Source of the DNA: Candidatus Iainarchaeum sp.
GTDB lineage: Archaea; Iainarchaeota; Iainarchaeia; Iainarchaeales; GCA-2688035
NCBI GenBank assembly: GCA_017610175.1
Contig: JAFCCO010000007.1
Span: 1 to 56,303, forward strand
DNA length: 56,303 bases
Direction of reading: 5' to 3'
The notes under the pieces are model-generated. The model was not told where the DNA came from, searched no databases, and saw only the letters and a program-made list of their open reading frames with translations. The position numbers and the translations under genes are program-made. Within the stretch, counting starts at the first letter, position 1, and every line of letters starts with the position of its first letter. Positions 1 through 7,890 of this stretch are shown piece after piece.

Positions 1-1
1 A

Positions 2-91
2 TTCGTGACAACCCCATTCGAGTGCAGCCCATACGAAACATTAGAAGAAGCCAAACAACTCATCAAAAAGTTTGTGGAAAAATACTTGTAG
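2..91 (+). CDS. 3' end of an upstream gene (partial, product unknown)
   Basis: Open frame FVTTPFECSPYETLEEAKQLIKKFVEKYL ending TAG at 89-91; runs off the window edge. Confidence 0.5.
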   Translation, partial: FVTTPFECSPYETLEEAKQLIKKFVEKYL

Positions 92-114
92 CAGCAAAGC
101 CCCGCCCTCCGGCT

Positions 115-157
115 CCTTTTTAAATCCCTTTTTAAACCTTTTTAAATGGTTTATATA
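115..157 (+). promoter_or_regulatory. tbp promoter: three CCTTTTTAAA direct repeats followed by a TTTATATA TATA box
   Basis: CCTTTTTAAA at 115-124, 127-136, 137-146; TTTATATA at 150-157; GAGGAG ribosome site at 181-186. Confidence 0.6.
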
Positions 158-195
158 TTTAACGCATTTATAAACGATGTGAGGAGTGATGCCTT

Positions 196-783
196 TTGAA
201 GTATACAGTTGTGAATTTGGTTGCGAGCGCGAACTTGAATGCGACTCTTGACTTGTATAATTTAGCTATTACTATTCCTAATGTAGAGTATGAGCCGGAG
301 CAGTTTCCTGGTGCGATTTTGAAACTGAAGGAACCGAAGGTTTCAATGCTTTTGTTCAAGAATGGAAAGGTAATCTGTTCAGGGGCAAGCAATGAGAAGG
401 AAATTGCGCTTGCGATTAGAAAGGCAAGCAAGTTAATCCACGAGATTCAAAAAAGTGTGAAGGTACAGAAGAACGTTAGCTACACTGTTGTGAACATTGT
501 TGCCACAGCAAACTTGAACACTTCACTTGACCTGTTCCAGATCGCAATGAAGCTTGACAATGTTGAGTACGAACCGGAGCAGTTCCCTGGAGCAATTCTC
601 AGGCTCTCGGACCCAAAGCTCACGCTTTTGCTTTTCAAGAACGGAAAAATGATTTGCGCAGGAGCCAAGAAAGAAAACCTGCTTAGGAAAGGTCTGAAAG
701 TAACGCAGGAGCTTATTCTTGGAAAGAAGAAAAAGCCTGCGGCAAAGAAGGCAAAAGCCAAAACAGCCAAGAAAAAGAAGTAA
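196..783 (+). CDS. tbp: TATA-box-binding protein with Lys/Ala-rich C-terminal tail
   Basis: Two repeats of NxVA...YEPEQFPG...LLFKNGKxIC.GA, diagnostic of archaeal TBP; TTG start after GAGGAG. Confidence 0.96.
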   Translation: MKYTVVNLVASANLNATLDLYNLAITIPNVEYEPEQFPGAILKLKEPKVSMLLFKNGKVICSGASNEKEIALAIRKASKLIHEIQKSVKVQKNVSYTVVNIVATANLNTSLDLFQIAMKLDNVEYEPEQFPGAILRLSDPKLTLLLFKNGKMICAGAKKENLLRKGLKVTQELILGKKKKPAAKKAKAKTAKKKK

Positions 784-789
784 TCGCAT

Positions 790-1404
790 ATGGCCGAAGC
801 TACTCTGCACGGGGCGCAGGTATTTATTTTCCTTGGAAGAACCGGAAGCGGAAAGTCCAAGATAGCTGACGCAGTAAAGAAAAAACTTGGGCTCCCTTCA
901 GTTTCCCTTGGAAAGATTGTGCGGGCAGAAATTAAAAAAGGCAGCGAGCTTGGGAAAAAGGTTGAGCCGTTTGTAAAGGCAGGACAGGCTTTTCCAACAA
1001 ATGTTGCAATAAAACTGATTGAAGACACTTTAATTGGAAACGCCCGCAAATTCAGAAAGGGATTTGTGCTTGACAATTTCCCAATGACCTCAAGGCACAT
1101 TCCGCGGTTTGAAATTCTGCTCAGAAAGCACGGAATGAATGTAAACACCGTTTACCACGTCCACGCCCCAAAAAGCGTTTCAGATGCAAGAAGGGCAAAA
1201 GAACCAAGGGGAAAAGCAGGAGCAAAGACCGCTGAAAGGGAAAAAACATTTAAAGCGGAAACAATGCGTGTTTTAATGCATTACCGAAAGAAGGTAAGGA
1301 CCTTACCATCCACCCAGTCTGTCGCAAAGAACGTTGCAACAGTAAGAAAAGCGTTTAAGGCTGTTGAAAGAAAGAAAACAAGGGTTAGAAGGGGCAAAAA
1401 GTAA
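790..1404 (+). CDS. Adenylate kinase-family (NMP kinase) protein, very basic and divergent
   Basis: P-loop GRTGSGKS, S.G.IVRAEI NMP-binding segment, GFVLDNFP resembling the GFILDGFPR motif. Confidence 0.7.
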   Translation: MAEATLHGAQVFIFLGRTGSGKSKIADAVKKKLGLPSVSLGKIVRAEIKKGSELGKKVEPFVKAGQAFPTNVAIKLIEDTLIGNARKFRKGFVLDNFPMTSRHIPRFEILLRKHGMNVNTVYHVHAPKSVSDARRAKEPRGKAGAKTAEREKTFKAETMRVLMHYRKKVRTLPSTQSVAKNVATVRKAFKAVERKKTRVRRGKK

Positions 1405-1414
1405 CCTTTTTAAA
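1405..1414 (+). promoter_or_regulatory. TATA box of the 5S rRNA gene
   Basis: CCTTTTTAAA ending 22 nt before the predicted 5S 5' end, preceded by purine-rich BRE-like AAAAAGTAA. Confidence 0.6.
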
Positions 1415-1436
1415 CACTCGCACTTAGAAATATGTC

Positions 1437-1556
1437 TGATTACCGGCCATACCGCAGGGGAAACACCTGGACTCATCTCGAACCCAGAAGTTAAGACCTG
1501 GAGGGTTTGGTTTGGCAGTGGCTTTTTAGTTGCAGCCTATCTGGCGCTGGTAATCA
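1437..1556 (+). rRNA. rrf: 5S ribosomal RNA (stand-alone)
   Basis: Terminal helix TGATTACCGGC/GCTGGTAATCA; conserved CGGCCATA, GAAACACC and TCGAACCCAGAAGTTAAG; 120 nt. Confidence 0.92.
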
Positions 1557-1580
1557 CTTTCCACTTTTAATATTTTTTTC
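1557..1580 (+). terminator. T-rich archaeal terminator after 5S rRNA
   Basis: CTTTCCACTTTTAATATTTTTTTC directly after the 3' end. Confidence 0.5.
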
Positions 1581-1643
1581 TAGGGAGCCAAGGCAACCGT
1601 TCAGAAGAAAAAGGTGAATTTTTTTAAAAAGAAAGGTAATTGC

Positions 1644-1862
1644 ATGGCCCTGATGGATTTTTTAATTTACTCAAACATAAAAACCGTTCTCGGTTTGACT
1701 GTTTCATTCTGCACATTTGTGGGGCTGTATTTGCACCTTGCGGCTGCAGGCCTCTCCCACGACGAGTTTTTTGCGGTTGGAAAGAATGCAATGAAGTTTT
1801 GGGGCACAATTTTGCTTGTCCCGCTAATTTTACTGATACTGTTCTTTGCAAAGTTAGGGTAA
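1644..1862 (+). CDS. Small two-TM membrane protein, unknown function
   Basis: 72 aa ORF from ATG 1644 after AAGGT; two hydrophobic stretches. Confidence 0.6.
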   Translation: MALMDFLIYSNIKTVLGLTVSFCTFVGLYLHLAAAGLSHDEFFAVGKNAMKFWGTILLVPLILLILFFAKLG

Positions 1863-1865
1863 GTT

Positions 1866-1896
1866 TAGTACAATCTGCAGTGTTCATCTTTTAAAA
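1866..1896 (+). promoter_or_regulatory. aglB promoter: GTAC box (TAGTACAAT) plus TTTTAAAA TATA box
   Basis: TAGTACAAT 1866-1874 (reverse complement ATTGTACTA); TATA 1889-1896. Confidence 0.55.
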
Positions 1897-1939
1897 AACT
1901 AATGCAACTTATTTCTTCATTACTTAAAGAGGGGTTTTT

Positions 1940-4039
1940 TTGGACGTTAAGGGAGTTTTGCAGGGAATTGACAAAAAGCAGATTTTTCTGGTTTTAATAC
2001 TGTTTTTGTTTGCTTTCGGAATACGCGGACACTTGGCCAAGTACGACCTTATTTTTGGATTTGACTCATACTACCACGCAAGAATGAACGCGTTTGTAAT
2101 TGAGAACGGTTACGTTCCCGAAATTGACCAAATGGGATGGTACGACCGGCCCGGAGGCGGAGCCCCTGTTTCAAACACAGGAGACTTTTTCTGGCAGTTT
2201 AACTCGGTTGTGTACAAAGTGTTCACACTTGGAGGCGAATACGACAAGGGTACGTGGATTGAATTTGTGAAAATACTGCCCGCGCTTTACGGTGCGCTGA
2301 TTGCGATTGCAATGTTCTTTTTTGGAAAGGAACTCTACGGAAAGAAGGCAGGATATGCAATGGCTTTCTTTGCCGCCGTTATTCCGGCTTTTGTCTATAG
2401 GACCATGGCCGGATTCTTTGAGGAGGACGCGCTTGGATTCCTCTGGATGGTAATCGGGCTGGTTTTCTTTGCAAGGGCAATCAAAGAAGCCGAACTTACA
2501 AAGAACAAAATCGGCTACGCAATTTTAAGCGGAATTTTCTTTGGAATCATGGCTTTTACGTGGGAGATGTTCCTGCTAATCCCGCTTGTGCTCACAACTT
2601 ACTTGGTATTTGGATTACTGAACAACTATGCTGAAAAGGGACTAAAGGCGGTTGTTCCGTTTGTTGGAATCTTCGCAATCACAATGGCAACGTTCACAGC
2701 AATGACCTACCTCTTTGACCCAAGGATGTTGTGGATTAAGAGTTCATTAAACTACCTTACCGGAAGCATCCCTTCATCACTCGGACTCCTTGTGTTGGGC
2801 GGGGGACTGGTATTCCTTGCAGGAATTGCATACCTCGTTTATCTTGGGGAAAACAGCAAGAATCCTGAATCAACCAGAAAAACAGTAAAGCTTGTTTCAA
2901 TGTTCCTTTTGTACGGAACACTTATCCTTCTGATAACAATACTGCTCACCGCACCAAACCTCTGGAAATCGTCCGGAGTGCATGGAACAAGTGTTGGGGA
3001 AGAAAACTTTGGAAAGTTCTATTTTGGGGAAAAGTACAACGCACTGATTGTGCTTCCATTCCTTGCACTAATACTTATTCCTTACAGGATTTACAGAAAC
3101 AAAAACGACCACATGAGCGCGCTGGTGTTCTTCTGGGTGTTTGCAACCTTCTTCATGGCGTGGTACAAGCTGAAATTCACTTACACCTTTGGATTGCCCA
3201 TAGCAGCAGCCGCAGGCTTGGTAACTGTTGAACTGTTCCATTTCATGAAAAACAGAAGCAGCTTCGAAAAGAAAATTGTTCTTCTTGCACTGGGAACAAT
3301 GTTTTTGATTGGGGCATCGGCAGGTACGCTGTTTGTGGAGGACAAGGTTCCAAATATTGAACAGCCTGTTCCGGACTGGAAAGGGGCACTTGAATGGCTC
3401 AGAACAGAAACGCCAGAGGGCACAAAGATGTTCAACTGGTGGGACTACGGGCACTGGATAAGCTTCCTAGGGGAAAGGGCAGTACTTACAGACAACAGAA
3501 ACATTTATCTTGAAGAGCTTCAGGACGTGGCCAAATTTATGATTACATCCGATTTGGACGAGGGTATTGAAATTATCGGCAGGTATGACGCAGACTACAT
3601 TATTTTCGGATTTGACACCTTCCAGAAAGAAGTTAGCTTTGCAAGATATGCATTTGGAACAGTTAACGTGGATGACCCGAGAATAGTCCCTTACAGGCTT
3701 GGGCCAAGCTTTGCATCGGTATGCAATCAGACAATGGAGAACGGGGAAAGGAAGTTTGTTTGCGGGGGAAATGTTTTGAATGAGGCGCAGGCAAGCATTC
3801 TTAGAAGAAACTGGTCAACCCAGGCAAACCAGCTTTTTGAGGACAGAATCCCAATATACATTTACCTGGACCAGGACAATTACGCGATGTACATCCTCAA
3901 CCCGGGGACAAACGCAAGCATGGCGGCAAAACTCTGGTTCCACGAAACCGAAACCATAAAATACTTTGAGGAAGTTTACGGTGAAAGAGGTATAAAGATT
4001 TTCAGAATAAAAAGAGAAGTAATCAACTCCGCAACCTAG
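1940..4039 (+). CDS. aglB: Oligosaccharyltransferase AglB (STT3 family)
   Basis: FDSYYH, R...GFFEED, SVGEE, WWDYG and DN motifs; multi-TM N-terminus with soluble C-terminal domain. Confidence 0.96.
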   Translation: MDVKGVLQGIDKKQIFLVLILFLFAFGIRGHLAKYDLIFGFDSYYHARMNAFVIENGYVPEIDQMGWYDRPGGGAPVSNTGDFFWQFNSVVYKVFTLGGEYDKGTWIEFVKILPALYGALIAIAMFFFGKELYGKKAGYAMAFFAAVIPAFVYRTMAGFFEEDALGFLWMVIGLVFFARAIKEAELTKNKIGYAILSGIFFGIMAFTWEMFLLIPLVLTTYLVFGLLNNYAEKGLKAVVPFVGIFAITMATFTAMTYLFDPRMLWIKSSLNYLTGSIPSSLGLLVLGGGLVFLAGIAYLVYLGENSKNPESTRKTVKLVSMFLLYGTLILLITILLTAPNLWKSSGVHGTSVGEENFGKFYFGEKYNALIVLPFLALILIPYRIYRNKNDHMSALVFFWVFATFFMAWYKLKFTYTFGLPIAAAAGLVTVELFHFMKNRSSFEKKIVLLALGTMFLIGASAGTLFVEDKVPNIEQPVPDWKGALEWLRTETPEGTKMFNWWDYGHWISFLGERAVLTDNRNIYLEELQDVAKFMITSDLDEGIEIIGRYDADYIIFGFDTFQKEVSFARYAFGTVNVDDPRIVPYRLGPSFASVCNQTMENGERKFVCGGNVLNEAQASILRRNWSTQANQLFEDRIPIYIYLDQDNYAMYILNPGTNASMAAKLWFHETETIKYFEEVYGERGIKIFRIKREVINSAT

Positions 4040-4067
4040 GCGGAAATCAACTCGGAGCAATCAAAAA

Positions 4068-5111
4068 ATGGTCTCATTCCTACTGAGTCTGGCACTTTCA
4101 TTCACATTCTCAATTGCAATAACACACCTTGTTTTGCCGTTCATAATCAAAAGGATGCACGCGAGAAAAATCGTGGGCATGGACATGAACAAACGTGAGA
4201 AGCCACTAGTTGCGGAAATGGGGGGCATAGGAGTATGGATTGGTTTCTCGGCAGGAATTCTTGCGGCAATATTTGTATTCTCTTACTTAAACGGAATAAA
4301 CCTAAACCTGACACACCTGCTTGCAGGCTTTAGCACAGTAATCCTTGTCGGCTTTCTTGGGGTAATAGACGACCTGATTGGATGGAGAAAAGGGATAAGG
4401 CAGTGGCAGCACGCGCTGATTCCAATCTTTGCAGCACTCCCCCTGATGGCTGTTAAAGTAACAAACCCGCCAATCACAATCCCATTTTTCGGGGTTGCCC
4501 CAGCAGAATACATCATCCCGCTTGTGGGAATCGTGTCCTTTGGGCTGCTTTACTCGCTGATACTTGTTCCCGTTGGAGTTACTGGGGCAAGCAATGCGGC
4601 AAACATGCTTGCAGGGCTAAACGGGCTTGAAGCCGGGCTTGGGGCAATAATGGCAGCAACACTTCTTGCAATTTCGGCGTTGGAGGGGAAAATTGAATCC
4701 GCAGTTATTGCAGCGGCAATGCTTGGGTCTCTTCTTGCATTCATGCGGTTTAATTGGAAACCGGCAAAGATTTTTGGCGGGGACTCGCTTACGCTTATGA
4801 TTGGAGCAAGCATCGCAACAATTGTAATTCTCGGAAACATGGAGAAGATAGGAGTAATCCTAATGGCTCTCTATTTTGTGGAGCTTTTACTCAAATCAAG
4901 AAGCTGGTTCCAGGCGCAAAGCTTTGGGATTCCAACAAAGGGCGGTTTCCTTAGGGCGCCTTCAAAAAGCCACAGCCTCACACACATTGTAATGAAACTT
5001 GGAAAATTCAGGGAAGAACAGGTTGTTCTCACACTGTTTGCCGCGCAGGCAGTTGTAAGCATAACAGTTTTCGCTATTTATTATTTTAAGTTATTCAGGT
5101 TTTTGTTATGA
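4068..5111 (+). CDS. aglH: UDP-GlcNAc:polyprenyl-phosphate GlcNAc-1-P transferase (AglH/Alg7/DPAGT1-like, MraY superfamily)
   Basis: G.DMNK...VAEMGG, GVIDD, NAANMLAGLNGLEAG, FNWKPAKIFGGDS motifs; about 10 TM segments. Confidence 0.88.
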   Translation: MVSFLLSLALSFTFSIAITHLVLPFIIKRMHARKIVGMDMNKREKPLVAEMGGIGVWIGFSAGILAAIFVFSYLNGINLNLTHLLAGFSTVILVGFLGVIDDLIGWRKGIRQWQHALIPIFAALPLMAVKVTNPPITIPFFGVAPAEYIIPLVGIVSFGLLYSLILVPVGVTGASNAANMLAGLNGLEAGLGAIMAATLLAISALEGKIESAVIAAAMLGSLLAFMRFNWKPAKIFGGDSLTLMIGASIATIVILGNMEKIGVILMALYFVELLLKSRSWFQAQSFGIPTKGGFLRAPSKSHSLTHIVMKLGKFREEQVVLTLFAAQAVVSITVFAIYYFKLFRFLL

Positions 5112-5554
5112 AGATTTGTCTGGCAGCGTCCGCAGGCGGGCATCTAACAGAACTGCTTCAGCTTGAAAAGGTTTGGAGCGGAACGGAACACTACTTTCTG
5201 TCAAATAAAAGGTCAAACGCATTGGAACTTGCAAAAAAAGAGAAAGTTCACTTTGCGGTCTGTCCGCGCAGAAATCCACTAAAATTTATTGCAAACTTTT
5301 TCCAATCACTCTGGCTTTTTGCAAAGGAAAGGCCGGACTATGTAATCAGCACCGGGGCGGATACGGCAATTGCAACATGCCTAATTGCAAAGCTTTTTGG
5401 AAAAAAAGTTGTGTTCATCGAGTCGTTCTGCAGAATCAAGGGCCCAAGCCAGAGCGGAAAAATAATGTACAAAATTGCCGACCTTTTCCTCGTGCAGTGG
5501 AAAGAAAACTTTGAATTTTTCCCTAAAGCAGAATACGCTGGGAGCGTGTTTTAA
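5108..5554 (+). CDS. Alg14/PssD/CpsF-like acceptor-binding subunit of a split GT-B transferase
   Basis: SAGGHLTEL, RPDYVISTGA, VFIESFCR...S.SGK, VQW motifs. Confidence 0.88.
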   Translation: MKICLAASAGGHLTELLQLEKVWSGTEHYFLSNKRSNALELAKKEKVHFAVCPRRNPLKFIANFFQSLWLFAKERPDYVISTGADTAIATCLIAKLFGKKVVFIESFCRIKGPSQSGKIMYKIADLFLVQWKENFEFFPKAEYAGSVF

Positions 5555-6031
5555 ATGAAAATCTTTGTAAGTGTTGGAACACATCCGCAGCCGTTTGACC
5601 GGCTCCTAAAAGAGCTTGACTCACTGATTGCAGCAGGAAAAGTGAAAGCAGAAGTTTTTGCTCAAACAGGCAATTCAAGGTATAAACCAAAAAATTTTGC
5701 AACAGAGAAATTTGTTTCAGGAACGGATTACGAGAACAGTTTCAAGAACGCAGACATTGTGGTAAGCCACGGCGGGGCAGGAACAATAATCAATGCATTA
5801 AGGCAGGGAAAAAAGCTTGTTGTTGTCCCAAGGCTTGAAAAGTTCGGGGAGCACACAAACGACCATCAGCTGGACCTTGCAAAAGCGCTTGAAAATGAAG
5901 GGAAGTGCCTTTCCGTATACGAAATTTCCAAACTGGGTGAAACCCTTGCAAAGGCTGTGCGCTTTAAACCAAAAGTTGCTTCAAACAGGAATCTGCTTGT
6001 CGCAAGAATAAGCAAATTTATTTCGCCCTGA
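5555..6031 (+). CDS. Alg13/PssE/CpsG-like nucleotide-sugar-binding subunit (GT28 C-terminal type)
   Basis: IFVSVGT..FDRL, QTG, SHGGAGTI, VVPR....EH..DHQ..LA motifs. Confidence 0.88.
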   Translation: MKIFVSVGTHPQPFDRLLKELDSLIAAGKVKAEVFAQTGNSRYKPKNFATEKFVSGTDYENSFKNADIVVSHGGAGTIINALRQGKKLVVVPRLEKFGEHTNDHQLDLAKALENEGKCLSVYEISKLGETLAKAVRFKPKVASNRNLLVARISKFISP

Positions 6032-6626
6032 TTTTGCACACAATAAAGGCGGCGCGCTCGTTCTCAAACAAATCAAACACCTTCCCCACAAGCCAGAAGA
6101 TGGGGTTTGAAATAAAGCGGGGAATGAAATTGAAGAGCTTAAGGGGCAGTATTCTGTTTGAGCCAAAGGGGAAAGCCTCCACAAAGAACATTTCAAACTT
6201 TTCTCCCTTAAGAAGTTCGGCAAGTGTTTTTGGGGAAAAATGGTGGTGCACTTTCTTGTCAACAACCGCAGCCATTACACCGTTATTCAGGTTCGCCTCA
6301 ACTAAAATCACTTCCTTTCCCGCAACGCGCTTCATTTCGGCAATTGCCTTTTTCTTATCATCAATATGGTGGACTGCGTCCTTTTCAAAAACAATGTCAA
6401 AGCTGTTCGCCTTGAACGGAAGCTTCTCACCCGTGCCCTTGTAAATTTTGATTCCCTCCATCTCGGTTGTAAAAATGTCAAGCCCTGCAACATTTCCCTT
6501 TCCCATTGATTCCGCAAAAATTGCAAGATAATCACCTATCCCGCAACCCATATCAAGAATGCTTTTGTCCGAAACATTGAGCTTTTTTACAATGCGGCGC
6601 TGCTGGTACTCAACCCACCTATCCAA
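6018..6626 (-). CDS. Class I SAM-dependent methyltransferase
   Basis: ILDMGCGIG, LPFKANSFDIV, HH motifs. Confidence 0.85.
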   Translation of the reverse strand: MDRWVEYQQRRIVKKLNVSDKSILDMGCGIGDYLAIFAESMGKGNVAGLDIFTTEMEGIKIYKGTGEKLPFKANSFDIVFEKDAVHHIDDKKKAIAEMKRVAGKEVILVEANLNNGVMAAVVDKKVHHHFSPKTLAELLKGEKFEMFFVEAFPFGSNRILPLKLFNFIPRFISNPIFWLVGKVFDLFENERAAFIVCKIRAK

Positions 6627-7776
6627 GCGAAGACCTCCGGGAAATCAGCTCTGCATAAATGTGTTCAAAACGGTCAGCAACGCTTTCAATTGAATAATTG
6701 TTTTCAGCAACCTCTCGCGCTTTTGCCGCAAGTTTTTTTGCAAGAGCGGGGTTCTCAATTAAGGTTACAAGGCCTTTTGCAATACTCTTCTCGTCCCTTG
6801 GCTTGACAAGGACAGCAGATTGCTTAACTGTGTTGGAAACTTCCCCCGTGTCTGTTGCAACAATTGCCTTTCCCGCCGCCATTGATTCAATAAGCGCGAT
6901 TGAAGTTGTTGCCTTGAATGCAAAGCTGTGCGCAACAATTGAGGCTGATGCATAAATCTCAGGGGCACGGCTGTTGTCGACCGCGCCTGCAAAGAAAACA
7001 TTGTTACGCAAAGCAAGCTGGTCAACAAGCGCCTCAAGTTCAGCCCTTGATTTGCCGTCTCCAAAAATCACGTATTTGAAATCAGGGTATTTTACAGCAA
7101 CGTGCTTCATTGCACGAATGATGTAGGAAATTCCCTTTGCGTTTGTTGAGTGAAGCGGCTTGATTGAAACAATCAGGTTTTCGCCAAATGCTTTTTTGGT
7201 TTCGCCGGCGTTTGGAAGTTTCTTGAAACGGCTTAAGTCAAGCCCTCCCGGAACTGTTTCAATCTTTTCGGCTGGAATCCCCCACGGAATCAAAAAACTC
7301 TCGTTTACAAAAGTACTCCACGAAACAAGCTTGTCAAATGCAATTCTTGGGAGAAAAAACTTGTTGAGTGCAAAAACCAGCTTCAGGTTAAGGGAGACTG
7401 CGGCATCACTCAGATATTCGACTGCGAGAACAAGCGGAATGCTCAGCTTTCTGCTAATTTTTTGCCCAATCAAGCCGGGAAATGCATCGTTTTGGGCGTG
7501 AATTATCTGCGGCTTGAACTCCTCCGCAAGTTTAAGGGCTGTGCCTGCCTGCGCAACATACTCAAACTTGTGGAAAGCGTGGTGCCCGAAGCATTTTGCG
7601 CGATGCACCCTGATTCCAAGCTCTTTCTCCTGCTTGGAATAGTTTGGCCCTGCAGTTGTGAAAACGAGAATTTCGTGGCCCCGCTTGCTAAGCTCTTTCA
7701 AATAGGATGAAACAAATTGCTCGCCACCACCTGACCCACCCAGTGAATAGGTGTGGGTGATGAAGAGTATTCGCAT
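6619..7776 (-). CDS. Glycosyltransferase family 4
   Basis: GGGE N-terminal loop, IHAQ, GDG, ESMAAGKAIVATD motif. Confidence 0.88.
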   Translation of the reverse strand: MRILFITHTYSLGGSGGGEQFVSSYLKELSKRGHEILVFTTAGPNYSKQEKELGIRVHRAKCFGHHAFHKFEYVAQAGTALKLAEEFKPQIIHAQNDAFPGLIGQKISRKLSIPLVLAVEYLSDAAVSLNLKLVFALNKFFLPRIAFDKLVSWSTFVNESFLIPWGIPAEKIETVPGGLDLSRFKKLPNAGETKKAFGENLIVSIKPLHSTNAKGISYIIRAMKHVAVKYPDFKYVIFGDGKSRAELEALVDQLALRNNVFFAGAVDNSRAPEIYASASIVAHSFAFKATTSIALIESMAAGKAIVATDTGEVSNTVKQSAVLVKPRDEKSIAKGLVTLIENPALAKKLAAKAREVAENNYSIESVADRFEHIYAELISRRSSLG

Positions 7777-7798
7777 GCACGCATAGCAGTAAAAAACC

Positions 7799-7855
7799 TA
7801 TTAAAAGGCTTTGCAGGAATTTAAAGTGAGGATTGTACCATAAGGGTTTTTTATA
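7799..7855. promoter_or_regulatory. Divergent promoter pair with a central ATTGTACCAT box
   Basis: Box 7832-7841; + strand TTTTTATA 7848-7855; - strand TTTTAATA 7806-7799. Confidence 0.6.
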
Positions 7856-7890
7856 GTTACTCCATTTACTTCCATTAAAGAGGGATTATT

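Noticed and set aside
98-124. AGCC...GGCT hairpin before a T-run
   Set aside because: Only a 4-bp stem; too weak to call a terminator
480-1148. 222 aa minus-strand ORF and the many other antisense/alternative-frame ORFs in the track
   Set aside because: Shadows of well-supported genes; F/S/L-rich translations expected from A-rich sense strands; no motifs
1364-1570. 68 aa ORF
   Set aside because: Overlaps the 5S rRNA; no protein features
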